The position numbers and the translations under genes are program-made. The notes below the pieces were generated by a model that saw nothing but the letters and a program-made list of their open reading frames with translations, was not told the DNA's origin and did no database searches. A DNA stretch of 64,000 nucleotides from a virus. Taxonomy: Duplodnaviria > Caudoviricetes. Position 1 is the stretch's first letter, and each line of letters opens with the position of its first letter. Positions 1 through 9,850 of the stretch are shown in pieces. The DNA lies in IMG/VR virus record IMGVR_UViG_3300013121_000029, positions 96,001 to 160,000 of that record, one strand, 5' to 3'.

Positions 1-26
1 GGTTGATTTAATTAAGCTTCCAAACA

Positions 27-626
27 TTATTCATTCTCCATATGATTTGTATTAGGGTTCATATATTCTTTGCAATCTTTAATTGCAAATCTGATATACT
101 TATCATCTTTATCCAATCTTGCTTCCAATATATTAATCCATGTTTGTACTTCCTCAGTACTCGGTAATCCATTATGGATAATATAATCTGTCGATGATTC
201 AAACAGTATATAATCAATCTTATTTAAAACATAATCTGGACTAGCACCTGTGAAGAATTTGATATATTCATCACTTACATAATGTCTTGTAGGACTTATT
301 TCAATAATAGGCATATTATGTTCTTTTGCCCATTGTAGTTCTAATCCTACCCCTTTTGATTTATCCCATCCTGCAAGTTTCAACAAGTGTAATTCATCAG
401 CTTGTTTGATACCATGTTCTGACATATCAATATAAAATTGATACGGAATTGATACATTAGCAGCAAGAGACAATTCATATACATCATGGGTTAACAACAC
501 TGGAGAATTAAAATTAATTCCTTTTGCTGCTAATTCAAATGCATATTTAACACATTCCAAATAGCGAAATTTACGTACTGATGCTGATTCATGACTATAA
601 GGTAGAGCAATATATACTGTTTTCAT
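27..626 (-). CDS. DUF1937 / nucleoside deoxyribosyltransferase-like protein
   Basis: N-terminal VYIALPYSH, SPVLLTH and GWDKSKGVGLE motifs typical of this fold. Confidence 0.6.
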   Translation of the reverse strand: MKTVYIALPYSHESASVRKFRYLECVKYAFELAAKGINFNSPVLLTHDVYELSLAANVSIPYQFYIDMSEHGIKQADELHLLKLAGWDKSKGVGLELQWAKEHNMPIIEISPTRHYVSDEYIKFFTGASPDYVLNKIDYILFESSTDYIIHNGLPSTEEVQTWINILEARLDKDDKYIRFAIKDCKEYMNPNTNHMENE

Positions 627-841
627 GAATTTGTTCCTTTTGTAAAATAATCATCAATCATGTTACGAAAGTTATCAATGTATTGATCATTGTAACTCAA
701 TAATTCTCTCACACAACGTAATTTATATTCTGCTCCTTTACCATCAGCAGTACATAACAACGTGACCAATTCTTCAAAAGAACATTCACTTGGATTGTTT
801 TTGGAATATGCTTTTCTTCTTGCATCGCCGTTAAGAATCAT
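623..841 (-). CDS. hypothetical protein
   Basis: 72-aa ORF, ATGA overlap with the downstream gene. Confidence 0.6.
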   Translation of the reverse strand: MILNGDARRKAYSKNNPSECSFEELVTLLCTADGKGAEYKLRCVRELLSYNDQYIDNFRNMIDDYFTKGTNS

Positions 842-848
842 GTTATCC

Positions 849-1271
849 TCAGTATAGTAATAAATGACCAGTAATTGGATTTACTTGTTCCGGATAGGCT
901 GGCCCAATTGCACAACAAGTTTTTGTCGGAACTCCGTTAAACACTGTTCTTCCAGCATCTTCGATTAACGAACAAATTAATCCTGCGTTCAATGCTTGAT
1001 TGTATATGTCTAATAGTTCTTGTTCAGAATTTACAGATACACAAATCTTAGTGAACGATCCTTCTAACCATTTTTGTAAAGCACTGTACTTTAAATCTAT
1101 ATCATAACTAATTGGATATCTATTACCACCTAATCCATCTGACGAATAAGATATGCTTCCACAACTTAATAAAGCAGCCATTGAAGCGTGTGCTGCTTGG
1201 GAAATAATTTTCCCCACGTTCATATTTAAATCCTTTCTAACTACTATAATTTGTTTAGGTTCGTCGTTCAT
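849..1271 (-). CDS. pth2: peptidyl-tRNA hydrolase, PTH2 family
   Basis: KQIIVVRKDL, GKIISQAAHA, DAGRT and TCCAIGP motifs. Confidence 0.9.
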   Translation of the reverse strand: MNDEPKQIIVVRKDLNMNVGKIISQAAHASMAALLSCGSISYSSDGLGGNRYPISYDIDLKYSALQKWLEGSFTKICVSVNSEQELLDIYNQALNAGLICSLIEDAGRTVFNGVPTKTCCAIGPAYPEQVNPITGHLLLY

Positions 1272-1299
1272 AAATACCTCAAAGTAAAGTGACTGCTCA

Positions 1300-2097
1300 A
1301 TGAATTATTTTAAACATTATATATTATTAATTAAAACAAGACAACAGAAGAATCGTGTTAAAGGTTCAGAATATTTTGAAGCCCATCATATTTTACCCAA
1401 ATCGTTAGGAGGTCCTAATAATAAAGCAAATTTAGTGTTACTTACACCACGGGAACACTTTTTAGCACATGTCTTGCTTGTTAAGTTTTGTACAGGAACG
1501 AGCAAGTCAAAGATGGCATATGCTTTAATGAAAATGGTTCAAAATAATCCACAACAAACAAGAAAAATAACATCAAGACAATATGCTCAAATGAGAAAGA
1601 TCATCGAGGTAGTTTGTTCGGGTGAAAATCATAAAAATTATGGAACGAAAAAGACCAAGGAGCAAAAAGAATATTTGAGTAAATTACGTAAAGGAGAAAA
1701 TAATCCTATGTATGGAAAAGAACCTTGGAATAAGGGACAAACAGCAGAAACTAATGATATTCTTAAAGAAAAAGTAGAACGATATAAGCAAAATATAAAA
1801 GAAGGAAAATACACTCATTTTCAGAATAGACCTCCTATGTCAGACGAAGCAAAACAAAAAATGAGTAAAGCCAAAAAAGGAGTACCTAAATCAGAAGAAC
1901 ATAAAAGAAAAATTTCTGAAACAACTAAAGGTAGAAAATTAGATCCAGAACGGATTAGAAAAGCCAAGGAAACGCGGCAACGTAATGGAAAAAAACAACC
2001 TATTGTCGAATGTCCACATTGTAATAAAAAAGGACCATACAATAGTATGTGTAGATGGCATTTTAATAATTGTAAATTACATACAAATAATATATAA
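1300..2097 (+). CDS. HNH homing endonuclease with NUMOD3-like repeats
   Basis: EAHHILPKSLGG..NLVLLTPREHFLAH, GENNPMYGK, SEEHKRKIS, C-terminal CPHC; opposite strand, with CATAAATA at 1269-1276. Confidence 0.85.
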   Translation: MNYFKHYILLIKTRQQKNRVKGSEYFEAHHILPKSLGGPNNKANLVLLTPREHFLAHVLLVKFCTGTSKSKMAYALMKMVQNNPQQTRKITSRQYAQMRKIIEVVCSGENHKNYGTKKTKEQKEYLSKLRKGENNPMYGKEPWNKGQTAETNDILKEKVERYKQNIKEGKYTHFQNRPPMSDEAKQKMSKAKKGVPKSEEHKRKISETTKGRKLDPERIRKAKETRQRNGKKQPIVECPHCNKKGPYNSMCRWHFNNCKLHTNNI

Positions 2098-2123
2098 ATA
2101 CTGTACCAACATATGTGTTAAAA

Positions 2124-2465
2124 ATGAAAATTATAGATTTACTAGAAGGATATTATAAATCATTAGACATTGATCGTCAAGAGGGTAGATACGTACCTCC
2201 TTCAAAACCTTTAACACAACCAAAAGAAAATAGAAACCAAGTATATAACCTTGAATTGTGGTATGACACTACTGGTTATATGATTACTACTGTTGCTCCT
2301 ACATTAGAAAAAGCACAATCACAAGCATTATATCGTGTTAAGAAATACTTAAAAGCGCATTATCCAAGATATGATGTGACTGGCTTACGAAAAGATCAAG
2401 TTAAGATAATTGAAATTAAACCAGAAGAAGTTAGATTTAAGAAAGGACGACTATTAGTTATTTGA
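2124..2465 (+). CDS. putative virion-internal protein (MKIIDLLE leader)
   Basis: ATG at 2124 preferred over GTG 2115; TATAAATA at 2093-2100. Confidence 0.55.
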   Translation: MKIIDLLEGYYKSLDIDRQEGRYVPPSKPLTQPKENRNQVYNLELWYDTTGYMITTVAPTLEKAQSQALYRVKKYLKAHYPRYDVTGLRKDQVKIIEIKPEEVRFKKGRLLVI

Positions 2466-3125
2466 TATTAACCAGTGTAAATTTCTGATACGATCCATAT
2501 AAATTTGCTATCTCGCTCAATTCTTGTATTAGTTTAGGATCGTTATGAATATTGTTTGTATAAGCGATCATATTAACAGAATACCCTCTAAAAGAACACA
2601 TATCACAGTTAAATGCTAATACTCTGTTATAATTATCTAATTCATACGAACGTTTGTTGTCTGCTTTAACAGTTGGTTTAAGACCCTTTGGAATTGTTTG
2701 AATTAACTGTTTAACTTCAGCAAGTCGTTCTGTCGCTTCTGTAATATTTGTTCCTACTATTGCAAAGTTTTGGTAATAGGTATATAATAATTGATGAATT
2801 AATGGGACATAATGTGGAGGAATACCGAATCTATCTTCCAGTTCAAACGAATGTTTAGCTACTTTGGACAGTAACTTCATTTGATCTTCGAAATTCATTA
2901 CGACCTCAATTTATTATGATCTTCCCACGTTCCTTCAGCAATACGTTGCTCACGTTTTGCTTTGCATCGTAAAGCAAATGCCGTTGCTCTTGCGCGGATT
3001 TCTTCGTGTGTGCGATATTTAATATGAGGATCAGGTTGCATTCTATTCACTTGATCGTCAGGAATTTCAATACGTACTGTTTCACCAGTACTTGCTTCGA
3101 TTAAGTTGTCAAATACGTATATCAT
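2458..3125 (-). other. two hypothetical CDS (2458-2898, 2898-3125)
   Basis: coupled ORFs, AAGGAG RBS upstream of 3125. Confidence 0.6.
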
Positions 3126-3143
3126 ATTAAAACTCCTTGAATG

Positions 3144-3222
3144 TGGTAGACGAGGTAGGATTTGAACCTACGGTAATTCCACCTTGTAACGATGGCGTTT
3201 TCGACCACTCAACCACTCGTCC
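3144..3222 (-). tRNA. tRNA-Val(TAC)
   Basis: cloverleaf, anticodon arm CCATC-GTTACAA-GGTGG, CCA end. Confidence 0.8.
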
Positions 3223-3233
3223 GTCAAAAAATA

Positions 3234-3311
3234 TGGAGTCGCTGACAGGACTTGAACCTGCATAAGCAAGAGTTGCAATCATGCGCCTAAATCCATTCGA
3301 GCCACAGCGAC
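3234..3311 (-). tRNA. tRNA-Cys(GCA)
   Basis: acceptor GTCGCTG/CAGCGAC, loop TTGCAAC, U73, CCA. Confidence 0.85.
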
Positions 3312-3319
3312 ATAAAATC

Positions 3320-3398
3320 TGGTGGAACCTATGGGATTTGAACCCATCTGTTATCTTAGGTGCAAGCTAAGCAATCACCCCAAGCAATTCCAGGCCCC
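3320..3398 (-). tRNA. tRNA-Ala(TGC)
   Basis: G3.U70 pair, arm CTTAG-CTTGCAC-CTAAG, CCA. Confidence 0.85.
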
Positions 3399-3446
3399 AG
3401 ATTTCTATTTATTATTCGATTATTATATTACAATATTTTTTCTAAG

Positions 3447-4268
3447 TCAACGAATAAAAATAGGATTGAATGTTTGACCTTGATACTTATGAGCATTTTT
3501 CTTATGCAGTTCAATCACTTTTCCATACTTTTGTTCTAAATCATATGGACACATGGTGTCCTTCGCAATGTGAAAATATGCCAATTCATCATATGTACAA
3601 CCAAAGTTTTCTTCATCAGATGTTCCATCAATTAAATCACCCGTTGGTACTCTATCAATAATTTGTGAGGGGATCTCAAACCATCTTGCTGCTTCTATCA
3701 CTTCGAATTTGTGCCAATCAGAAATTATTTGCAAATCAACCACCATGTCAGAATTCTTTCCGAACCATCCAACATACTCCATTTCATCACGATTTGTTGT
3801 TCCCACTGTAATAGCGTTTAATTGCTGAGCGTATGTAAATAACATTTGATATCTCAAAGCATAAGAAGATTGTGCAAGTAAATGTTTACTAGGATTATCA
3901 ATCTTCAATTCATTTACCATTAATGAAAGAGTATTGGAACAATCAATATGTTTAATATGAACATTAGGATTATACTGTAATGCATTCTTTAATGTATTAA
4001 TATATGTTGGATCAAAGACATGACCGTACACATTATAAAATCCAATACAATAAGCATATATATTTAAATCTCTTATATATGAACGTTGTACATTTTCAAG
4101 TATATACAAAACGACAGTAGAATCAATCCCTCCACTAATTCCTAAAACAACATTTTTGATATTATGTTCCTTGAGATACTTAGCAACTTTTCGTATCTTA
4201 TTATTAAGATCAAAAAAGTTTAATGTTTGATACTTATACTCTTGTACTTTTTTATCAAAATCAAGCAT
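3447..4268 (-). CDS. nadE: NAD+ synthetase (ammonia-dependent type)
   Basis: VLGISGGIDS PP-loop, GTTNRDE, GWFGKNSD, PTGDL..SDEENFG.TY. Confidence 0.9.
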   Translation of the reverse strand: MLDFDKKVQEYKYQTLNFFDLNNKIRKVAKYLKEHNIKNVVLGISGGIDSTVVLYILENVQRSYIRDLNIYAYCIGFYNVYGHVFDPTYINTLKNALQYNPNVHIKHIDCSNTLSLMVNELKIDNPSKHLLAQSSYALRYQMLFTYAQQLNAITVGTTNRDEMEYVGWFGKNSDMVVDLQIISDWHKFEVIEAARWFEIPSQIIDRVPTGDLIDGTSDEENFGCTYDELAYFHIAKDTMCPYDLEQKYGKVIELHKKNAHKYQGQTFNPIFIR

Positions 4269-5065
4269 TATCGTGTTGCTCCTTTAAACAATATATCCCC
4301 TCGACAGATGTAACGATAACTGTCCTTATCAGTAAACGGTAATACTGTATGACATAAAGTATGAGGAAACAATACAATTTTCATACAACTTGGTTTAATC
4401 TTAAGCCAGATTTCATCATTTGTGGCTTGTCTTGTCCAATCAGACTTATCTTTTGCATGTTCAGTTGTATCATTAATAAAAGCAAGTTCGCCAGAATTGC
4501 AATTGTTGAAATAAACAACAATACTATATTTTGTCGATGTCTGATTGTAATCATAATTAAAATCGCTATCATAGTGCGGGAAATGTTCTCCACCAGACGA
4601 GTATCTCATAAAACGAAAATATTGGCTGACATTGATCATTTCCCACCAAATCGTTCGTTGGAATTCTACAGTAGACATCCCCCATTGTTGTTCGATTGTT
4701 TGTTCTGTTCTGATGATATCAACAATAGAATATTTTGATACTATATTAGTAAGATATTCAGCAAATTGTTTATCCATAGTGCAAAATCTAGTCGATCCTG
4801 CTAATTTACAATTGTCAGAATCTACTTTCGCTCCAGTAATTGTGACTGGATATGTAGCAGCATGTTTTTCATATAAAGAAAACCAATCTTTCATTTGATC
4901 GACAATTCCACGTTGATCTCTTGTCATCTCATGCGTTGGATTAAGTTCAAATATTCCTTGACCGTGCGAAATGACATTGAAATAAGTAGGCAATCCAATA
5001 AGATTCTTAGGAATAATGTGAGTTACATTTGGACTGGGAAATTCCTTCATTAAATTCATTTGCAT
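4268..5065 (-). CDS. 2OG-Fe(II) oxygenase
   Basis: RFMRY..GEHFPHYD, HTVLP, RYICR (HxD..H..R). Confidence 0.8.
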   Translation of the reverse strand: MQMNLMKEFPSPNVTHIIPKNLIGLPTYFNVISHGQGIFELNPTHEMTRDQRGIVDQMKDWFSLYEKHAATYPVTITGAKVDSDNCKLAGSTRFCTMDKQFAEYLTNIVSKYSIVDIIRTEQTIEQQWGMSTVEFQRTIWWEMINVSQYFRFMRYSSGGEHFPHYDSDFNYDYNQTSTKYSIVVYFNNCNSGELAFINDTTEHAKDKSDWTRQATNDEIWLKIKPSCMKIVLFPHTLCHTVLPFTDKDSYRYICRGDILFKGATR

Positions 5066-6213
5066 AACCTCTTAATTTGTTGTTTAAATACCAGAAACGT
5101 TTTATGGTCTTCTTTGGTAAAGGGTAACATAGAACATCTTGTACTGATGTCATAAAATGGGTAACGATAATCATCATTATAAAAATCAGCAAAATCAACT
5201 ATCTCAATATTATCTTGTTGTAACGTGTAATCCATTACTGCTACCACTTTACATCCCAACATTTCTAGACAACGTTTTGTGCCTCCAGTATAGATATCAC
5301 TATCCAGTACTACTTTGTTTCTTAATTTATCAATATCACCATTGTACGTATTGGAAGTCATTAATGGATGTTCGAATTCTCTATGAAAAGGAACATAAGG
5401 AAGGATGTTTTTATATTCTTTACAAATTGTTACTTCAGCATTCGTTTCGTTTTTAAGACGTTGAGCCATTCCGATTTCGGTTTTCATGTATACTGGAATA
5501 ATATCTGAATAATGGTCGTGAAATGTTGCTGAGAACATTGTGAATTCCCATAATTCATTGCAACGTAGATATACTTTTTTCTTAACAACCGGTTTTGGAT
5601 TATCTTTGATTGCATTAGAACTTGATAATCCAGTAGTATCAGGACAATAGAAAAATTGAAGTTTATTTGTCAACAGTCCAAGTTTCGTAAAGTATTCACG
5701 ATCCTTTCCACTTAAAATATAAGGAACATTAGACATTACCAAATTATCGTAACTACCTAATTGTCGAACAACAAAATCATGCACCAAGTCTGTAAAGTTA
5801 AAGTCCCGATCGTTGTTGAGCATTGGATTTAGATCGATACAAATATTGTATTTGGTATCTTTCAATTTTTCAACAATCTTATCAAATCTGTATCTATTAG
5901 TAGCATAAAGAGAATCTTGACCATACTTAGATACAGTATAATCAGTATTTGCAGGGGCAATAACAACTACATAATTATCTGTAAAATGTTTAATCATAGA
6001 CACAAATGATTCAATTACAGAAACATGACCATCGTGAAATTCAGCAAAACACCCTGGAAAGTATCCAATTACTGTTTTGCTATCGATTTTGATTGCTTTG
6101 TTAATCCAATGAACATAATTCACATCCGCCAAACGTTCGAAATTAGATTGTGGATCAAACCAACCTAATTGCTGGAGGATATCTGAATAAATGAAGGACT
6201 GTGTCATAGACAT
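5056..6213 (-). CDS. HxGH nucleotidyltransferase fused to a PRTase-like C-terminal domain
   Basis: FPGCFAEFHDGH and LSSS motifs; VVLDSDIYTGGT resembles a PRPP-binding loop. Confidence 0.65.
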   Translation of the reverse strand: MSMTQSFIYSDILQQLGWFDPQSNFERLADVNYVHWINKAIKIDSKTVIGYFPGCFAEFHDGHVSVIESFVSMIKHFTDNYVVVIAPANTDYTVSKYGQDSLYATNRYRFDKIVEKLKDTKYNICIDLNPMLNNDRDFNFTDLVHDFVVRQLGSYDNLVMSNVPYILSGKDREYFTKLGLLTNKLQFFYCPDTTGLSSSNAIKDNPKPVVKKKVYLRCNELWEFTMFSATFHDHYSDIIPVYMKTEIGMAQRLKNETNAEVTICKEYKNILPYVPFHREFEHPLMTSNTYNGDIDKLRNKVVLDSDIYTGGTKRCLEMLGCKVVAVMDYTLQQDNIEIVDFADFYNDDYRYPFYDISTRCSMLPFTKEDHKTFLVFKQQIKRLCK

Positions 6214-6268
6214 AATATCTCTTAAAGTATAAGAGTATTATAAGAGATTAAAATAGTTGTTACAAACA

Positions 6269-6335
6269 TGGCGGAAAGTTAGAGAGTTAGAGAGTCGAAC
6301 TCTAAAGGGTCTCTTAAACCTCGACGCATTTCAAG
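6269..6335 (-). pseudogene. 3-prime half of tRNA-Ser(TGA) with an 8-nt duplication
   Basis: begins at loop CTTGAAA, long variable arm, CTCTCTAA twice, GCCA end; 5-prime half absent. Confidence 0.7.
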
Positions 6336-6336
6336 T

Positions 6337-6412
6337 TGGCAAGCCCGAGTGGAGTCGAACCACTAACCTTCTGAATCAAAATCAGATGCTCTACCAGTTG
6401 CGCTACGGGCCT
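6337..6412 (-). tRNA. tRNA-Gln(TTG)
   Basis: arm TCTGA-TTTTGAT-TCAGA, CCA. Confidence 0.9.
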
Positions 6413-6452
6413 AAAATTATTACGTCTATTATATATGATTGAATCAAATAAT

Positions 6453-6869
6453 TCAACTATAATTTAGAATTATTAAACCAGCATGTATTTTTGCATGACA
6501 GTTCTTACACACTAAAATACATTTTTCAATTTCGCATTTGACAGTTTCAATACTTTGTGTGTAAACGGAGGATAATTGGAAATTTTTTTGAGAAGGATCT
6601 AAGTGATGAAAATCTAAACATACAATTTCTTTCTCTCCACACACAGTACAAGCATTGTTTTGTTTATATTCACGAATATATTGCAATACTTTTTCTGCTC
6701 TTTTCTTGTTTCGAGTTAATATTGTTTCCTTATATTTCTGATAATGAGCATTACTACGAGCACGAGCACACACTTTGCATAAATGTTGATATCCTTTAGT
6801 TTGACACTTGTCTTTTCTAAATTCTGTTAATTTTTTTTCTTCGTTACAAATGCAACATTTTTTAAGCAT
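6453..6869 (-). CDS. HNH endonuclease (tRNA-cluster associated)
   Basis: CxxC pairs, LDFHHLDP, EIEKCILVCKNCHAKIH; CATAAATA upstream at 6889-6896. Confidence 0.85.
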   Translation of the reverse strand: MLKKCCICNEEKKLTEFRKDKCQTKGYQHLCKVCARARSNAHYQKYKETILTRNKKRAEKVLQYIREYKQNNACTVCGEKEIVCLDFHHLDPSQKNFQLSSVYTQSIETVKCEIEKCILVCKNCHAKIHAGLIILNYS

Positions 6870-6924
6870 ACTAAAAATCTCTTTTTAGTATTTATGCCCG
6901 TTCGATAACTAGTAACAATTGAAC

Positions 6925-6997
6925 TGGCATCCCGAGAGACTTGAACTCCCAACTTCTGGTTTTGAAGACCAGCGTTCTGCCATTGAACTACACCCTT
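6925..6997 (-). tRNA. tRNA-Trp-like opal suppressor (TCA) with unpaired acceptor stem, probable pseudo-tRNA
   Basis: arm CTGGT-CTTCAAA-ACCAG; 5-prime AAGGGTG does not pair with 3-prime GGGATG-CCA. Confidence 0.65.
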
Positions 6998-7001
6998 ATA
7001 A

Positions 7002-7721
7002 TTAGATATCTTTAAAAACCGATCTACCTTTAGCATCTCGTTGTTGCAACCATTTAAAAAATTCATTAGTTGCATCTTTCATATCAATGTCTCGTTGTTG
7101 AGCAATATGTTTAACAAATTCGACACTATCAATATTTGTTTTTTGTTCAGCATATTGTATTGCCTGGTCAAAAGACATTTTTTGACCTAAATTATATATT
7201 GGATTTTTTCCACCATCATACAATTGTTTCATTTTCTTCATAAACGAATCAGCAAACTTATCTACTTGAGCATCAGCTCCACTTCCTGTAACAGCATCTT
7301 TCGTATCTGTCAAAGGTTGTACAATATCTTGTATTGTATCAGGAGACATTGATTGTAAATTTTGTACCAACTCAGAAGCATTAGCAGTATCCATTCCTAA
7401 AATTGCTGCTCCAAGAACAGTAATTAACAATGCAGGTTTGATTATTTTAGCATTTTTCTTAGCAAATTGAACTACTTTCTGCTTTTCAGCATCTGTTAAC
7501 CCAGAAGATTGTACTTTTGCCCAAATTTTACCTTGTGCATCATTTAAAGCCTCTAAAGGATTATTTGCTTTTGATAACACTTGTTTTAGTTTTTGTGCTT
7601 TTGATACAATAAACGATTTAATATCTGCTTCTGTCAACAGAGTTTCATTTAATTGTGTACTTTCTCGTACAAATGAATCAATTAAAATATCATCTGGTGT
7701 TACTAAGTCTGTAAGTTTCAT
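7002..7721 (-). CDS. putative virion-internal protein (MKLTDLV leader, central hydrophobic helix)
   Basis: AATAAATA at 7747-7754; LNE and LTE candidate head-protease sites. Confidence 0.55.
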   Translation of the reverse strand: MKLTDLVTPDDILIDSFVRESTQLNETLLTEADIKSFIVSKAQKLKQVLSKANNPLEALNDAQGKIWAKVQSSGLTDAEKQKVVQFAKKNAKIIKPALLITVLGAAILGMDTANASELVQNLQSMSPDTIQDIVQPLTDTKDAVTGSGADAQVDKFADSFMKKMKQLYDGGKNPIYNLGQKMSFDQAIQYAEQKTNIDSVEFVKHIAQQRDIDMKDATNEFFKWLQQRDAKGRSVFKDI

Positions 7722-7783
7722 TTTCTGTACTTTATAATAGGTAATGTATTTATTACATTATAATATGAGTATGAAAAAATTGA

Positions 7784-7879
7784 GGCACTTTACTAATACC
7801 AGTAGCGAATTGGTATTAAACGGCAGTTCCCGCCGACGCCTACCCAACCGTTAACGGTAACGGTCCTAAGGGTGGAGTT
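7784..7879 (-). repeat. structured direct repeat / candidate ncRNA, copy 1
   Basis: 72 nt (7808-7879) identical to 8914-8985; several hairpins. Confidence 0.9.
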
Positions 7880-8859
7880 CATCTTACATTTAAGTCGCGT
7901 AATCGCTGGCGATTAGGTTTATACATTGTATCTGTTACATAAGTGGTGTCGGAATCGTTTTGAATCAAAAAATTCGATAATGCATGATATCGTGATTTTG
8001 GATGTGCCTCGTTTGATTTTGTTCGTGCTGGTGGTGCTACTCCACTTAACTGTTGAAGCATTTCTTTTTTCATCATATCGAATTCTGATGCATGATAAAT
8101 TAATTCTTTTCGTCTATATCTAGCTGGGGCTCGCATCATGGTAGGGTCATCTGGTAAAACAGAACCATCCTTTTCTGCTTTCTTTTTTCCTGTTATGCCA
8201 CTCAAAACAAAATATTCAATTCGTAATGTATTATCAATTGGTGCTAATACTTCATGAACTAAAGATATGTTAGAAATCAATGTTTGTGAAATTCCGCCAC
8301 GAAATGTCCATTCTAAGCCACGATGTTTCATAAAAGCCTTAGCTTCATCACTAAATTCATAATTTTTAAACATATTATATTTGGTTGCTAACATATCAAA
8401 AAGTTTGTCATATGACAAACATGGACCTTTTTGATGTAAAAAAACCATAGATGATATTAACCCAACGTTAATTAATTTCGGAGACGCGTTGCCGTGTCGA
8501 CCACCTGGTTGTGTGGATCTCCGATATTGCATAAAATACATTGCACCTTCGGGAGTTTCGGCCCAAGAATAAATTTTTCCAGACTTGTCGATTTCATTAA
8601 ATTTTATAAGTTTTAATATGTCGGAAGCATTTTCTGCGTTTAATATAGTTTTATGGCCTAAGTTTATCACACGATACATATCACAATGCTTAACGCATTC
8701 CGGAAAACGACGCATTATTGCTTGAACTAAAATGTTAATCCGTGAACCTTTCGTTGGAAAGGGATTAGCAGCAATACGTTCTGTCGCTTGTATAAACTGT
8801 AAAAGTAAAACTTCCTCATTAACTGCTTCAAACAAAGGTATGATTTCATTAATTTTCAT
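7879..8859 (-). CDS. ADP-ribosyltransferase-like virion protein (MKINEII leader)
   Basis: ATG 8859 preferred; MYRVINL..IYSW..HEVLA resemble R-S-E ART motifs; AATAAATA at 8880-8887. Confidence 0.45.
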   Translation of the reverse strand: MKINEIIPLFEAVNEEVLLLQFIQATERIAANPFPTKGSRINILVQAIMRRFPECVKHCDMYRVINLGHKTILNAENASDILKLIKFNEIDKSGKIYSWAETPEGAMYFMQYRRSTQPGGRHGNASPKLINVGLISSMVFLHQKGPCLSYDKLFDMLATKYNMFKNYEFSDEAKAFMKHRGLEWTFRGGISQTLISNISLVHEVLAPIDNTLRIEYFVLSGITGKKKAEKDGSVLPDDPTMMRAPARYRRKELIYHASEFDMMKKEMLQQLSGVAPPARTKSNEAHPKSRYHALSNFLIQNDSDTTYVTDTMYKPNRQRLRDLNVR

Positions 8860-8890
8860 AATACAGTCCAATTTTATTGTATTTATTCGT

Positions 8891-8985
8891 GGCACTTCAC
8901 AAACACAGTAGCAAATTGGTATTAAACGGCAGTTCCCGCCGACGCCTACCCAACCGTTAACGGTAACGGTCCTAAGGGTGGAGTT
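8891..8985 (-). repeat. structured direct repeat / candidate ncRNA, copy 2
   Basis: 72-nt identity with copy 1; last hairpin diverged. Confidence 0.9.
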
Positions 8986-9018
8986 TATGTTATTTTTAAG
9001 TTACGTGTTTGTTTTTTA

Positions 9019-9477
9019 TTATTTTACTAACACTAGTGCACAGGAGTAACTGTCAATATCAACCATGAGACATAATGTGTTGATTTGAGCAGTTTGTGTT
9101 AGAGAAAGAGCTTTTTGTTTAAACATACTAACTTGCTGTGCTACGTGGTTTTCCCATTCAGGATTTGCTCCATAATGAGCTTGTTCATCAGCAACAAATT
9201 TATTAATTTCTTGCATTAAGGCATTTACGTCACTAAATTTTCTTACAAACCCCTCATTTTCAGCTTGTTGTAGACTTAATTCAGAAAGATGACGGCTTAT
9301 ATCATAATTTTGATGATATGCAAAAACGACATCGTCGCCTGGTGATCCGAATTCTAAAATTGCAGCGTGACTGAATACATTTCCATGAGATTCAAGCAAT
9401 GCTTGAACTTTTTTATTATTTAAATCTATGCCTGCTGCTTCAAAAAAATGTTGAGGGTTAACTATTACTTTTGACAT
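9019..9477 (-). CDS. hypothetical late protein
   Basis: AATAAATA at 9503-9510; LLE and ILE candidate cleavage sites. Confidence 0.55.
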   Translation of the reverse strand: MSKVIVNPQHFFEAAGIDLNNKKVQALLESHGNVFSHAAILEFGSPGDDVVFAYHQNYDISRHLSELSLQQAENEGFVRKFSDVNALMQEINKFVADEQAHYGANPEWENHVAQQVSMFKQKALSLTQTAQINTLCLMVDIDSYSCALVLVK

Positions 9478-9550
9478 TATAAAATACCTTTAACTGTAAT
9501 TGTATTTATTACAACAATATAAAAATCTTTTTTTTACAGTAGACATTGTG

Positions 9551-9742
9551 TCATTGTGCACTTAATTGTTGCTTCTCCTTCTCATGTTCTTCTTTCATTT
9601 GTTTTAACGTAGAAGGAAACACTTCAGGATATAATACACATACTTGTTGATGTTCTGGAACATCATTAAACACAGACCAATCACGTGTCTCGTTAAAACG
9701 AATGATGCGGTCACGAATTTCAAATGGTGTTAAATAGTTCAT
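9551..9742 (-). CDS. hypothetical protein
   Basis: 63-aa ORF on the coding strand. Confidence 0.55.
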   Translation of the reverse strand: MNYLTPFEIRDRIIRFNETRDWSVFNDVPEHQQVCVLYPEVFPSTLKQMKEEHEKEKQQLSAQ

Positions 9743-9850
9743 ATATTTATTCTGCTCTACATTCAGGTTTAATTTGTGTTGTTAAACGTTTTGATTGATA
9801 ATATGCTGATTTTACACCACATATCAATCTATGTATTCATACAAATAACT

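Noticed and set aside
7784-8985. Repeat as a CRISPR array or twister ribozyme
   Set aside because: Only two 72-nt copies 1.1 kb apart and no cas genes; the plus-strand GGTCCTAAG..GTGGAG resemblance lacks the stems twister needs.
9769-9840. ATG AAT ACA TAG as a third codon-4 amber ORF
   Set aside because: No RBS and only 23 codons; consistent with chance.
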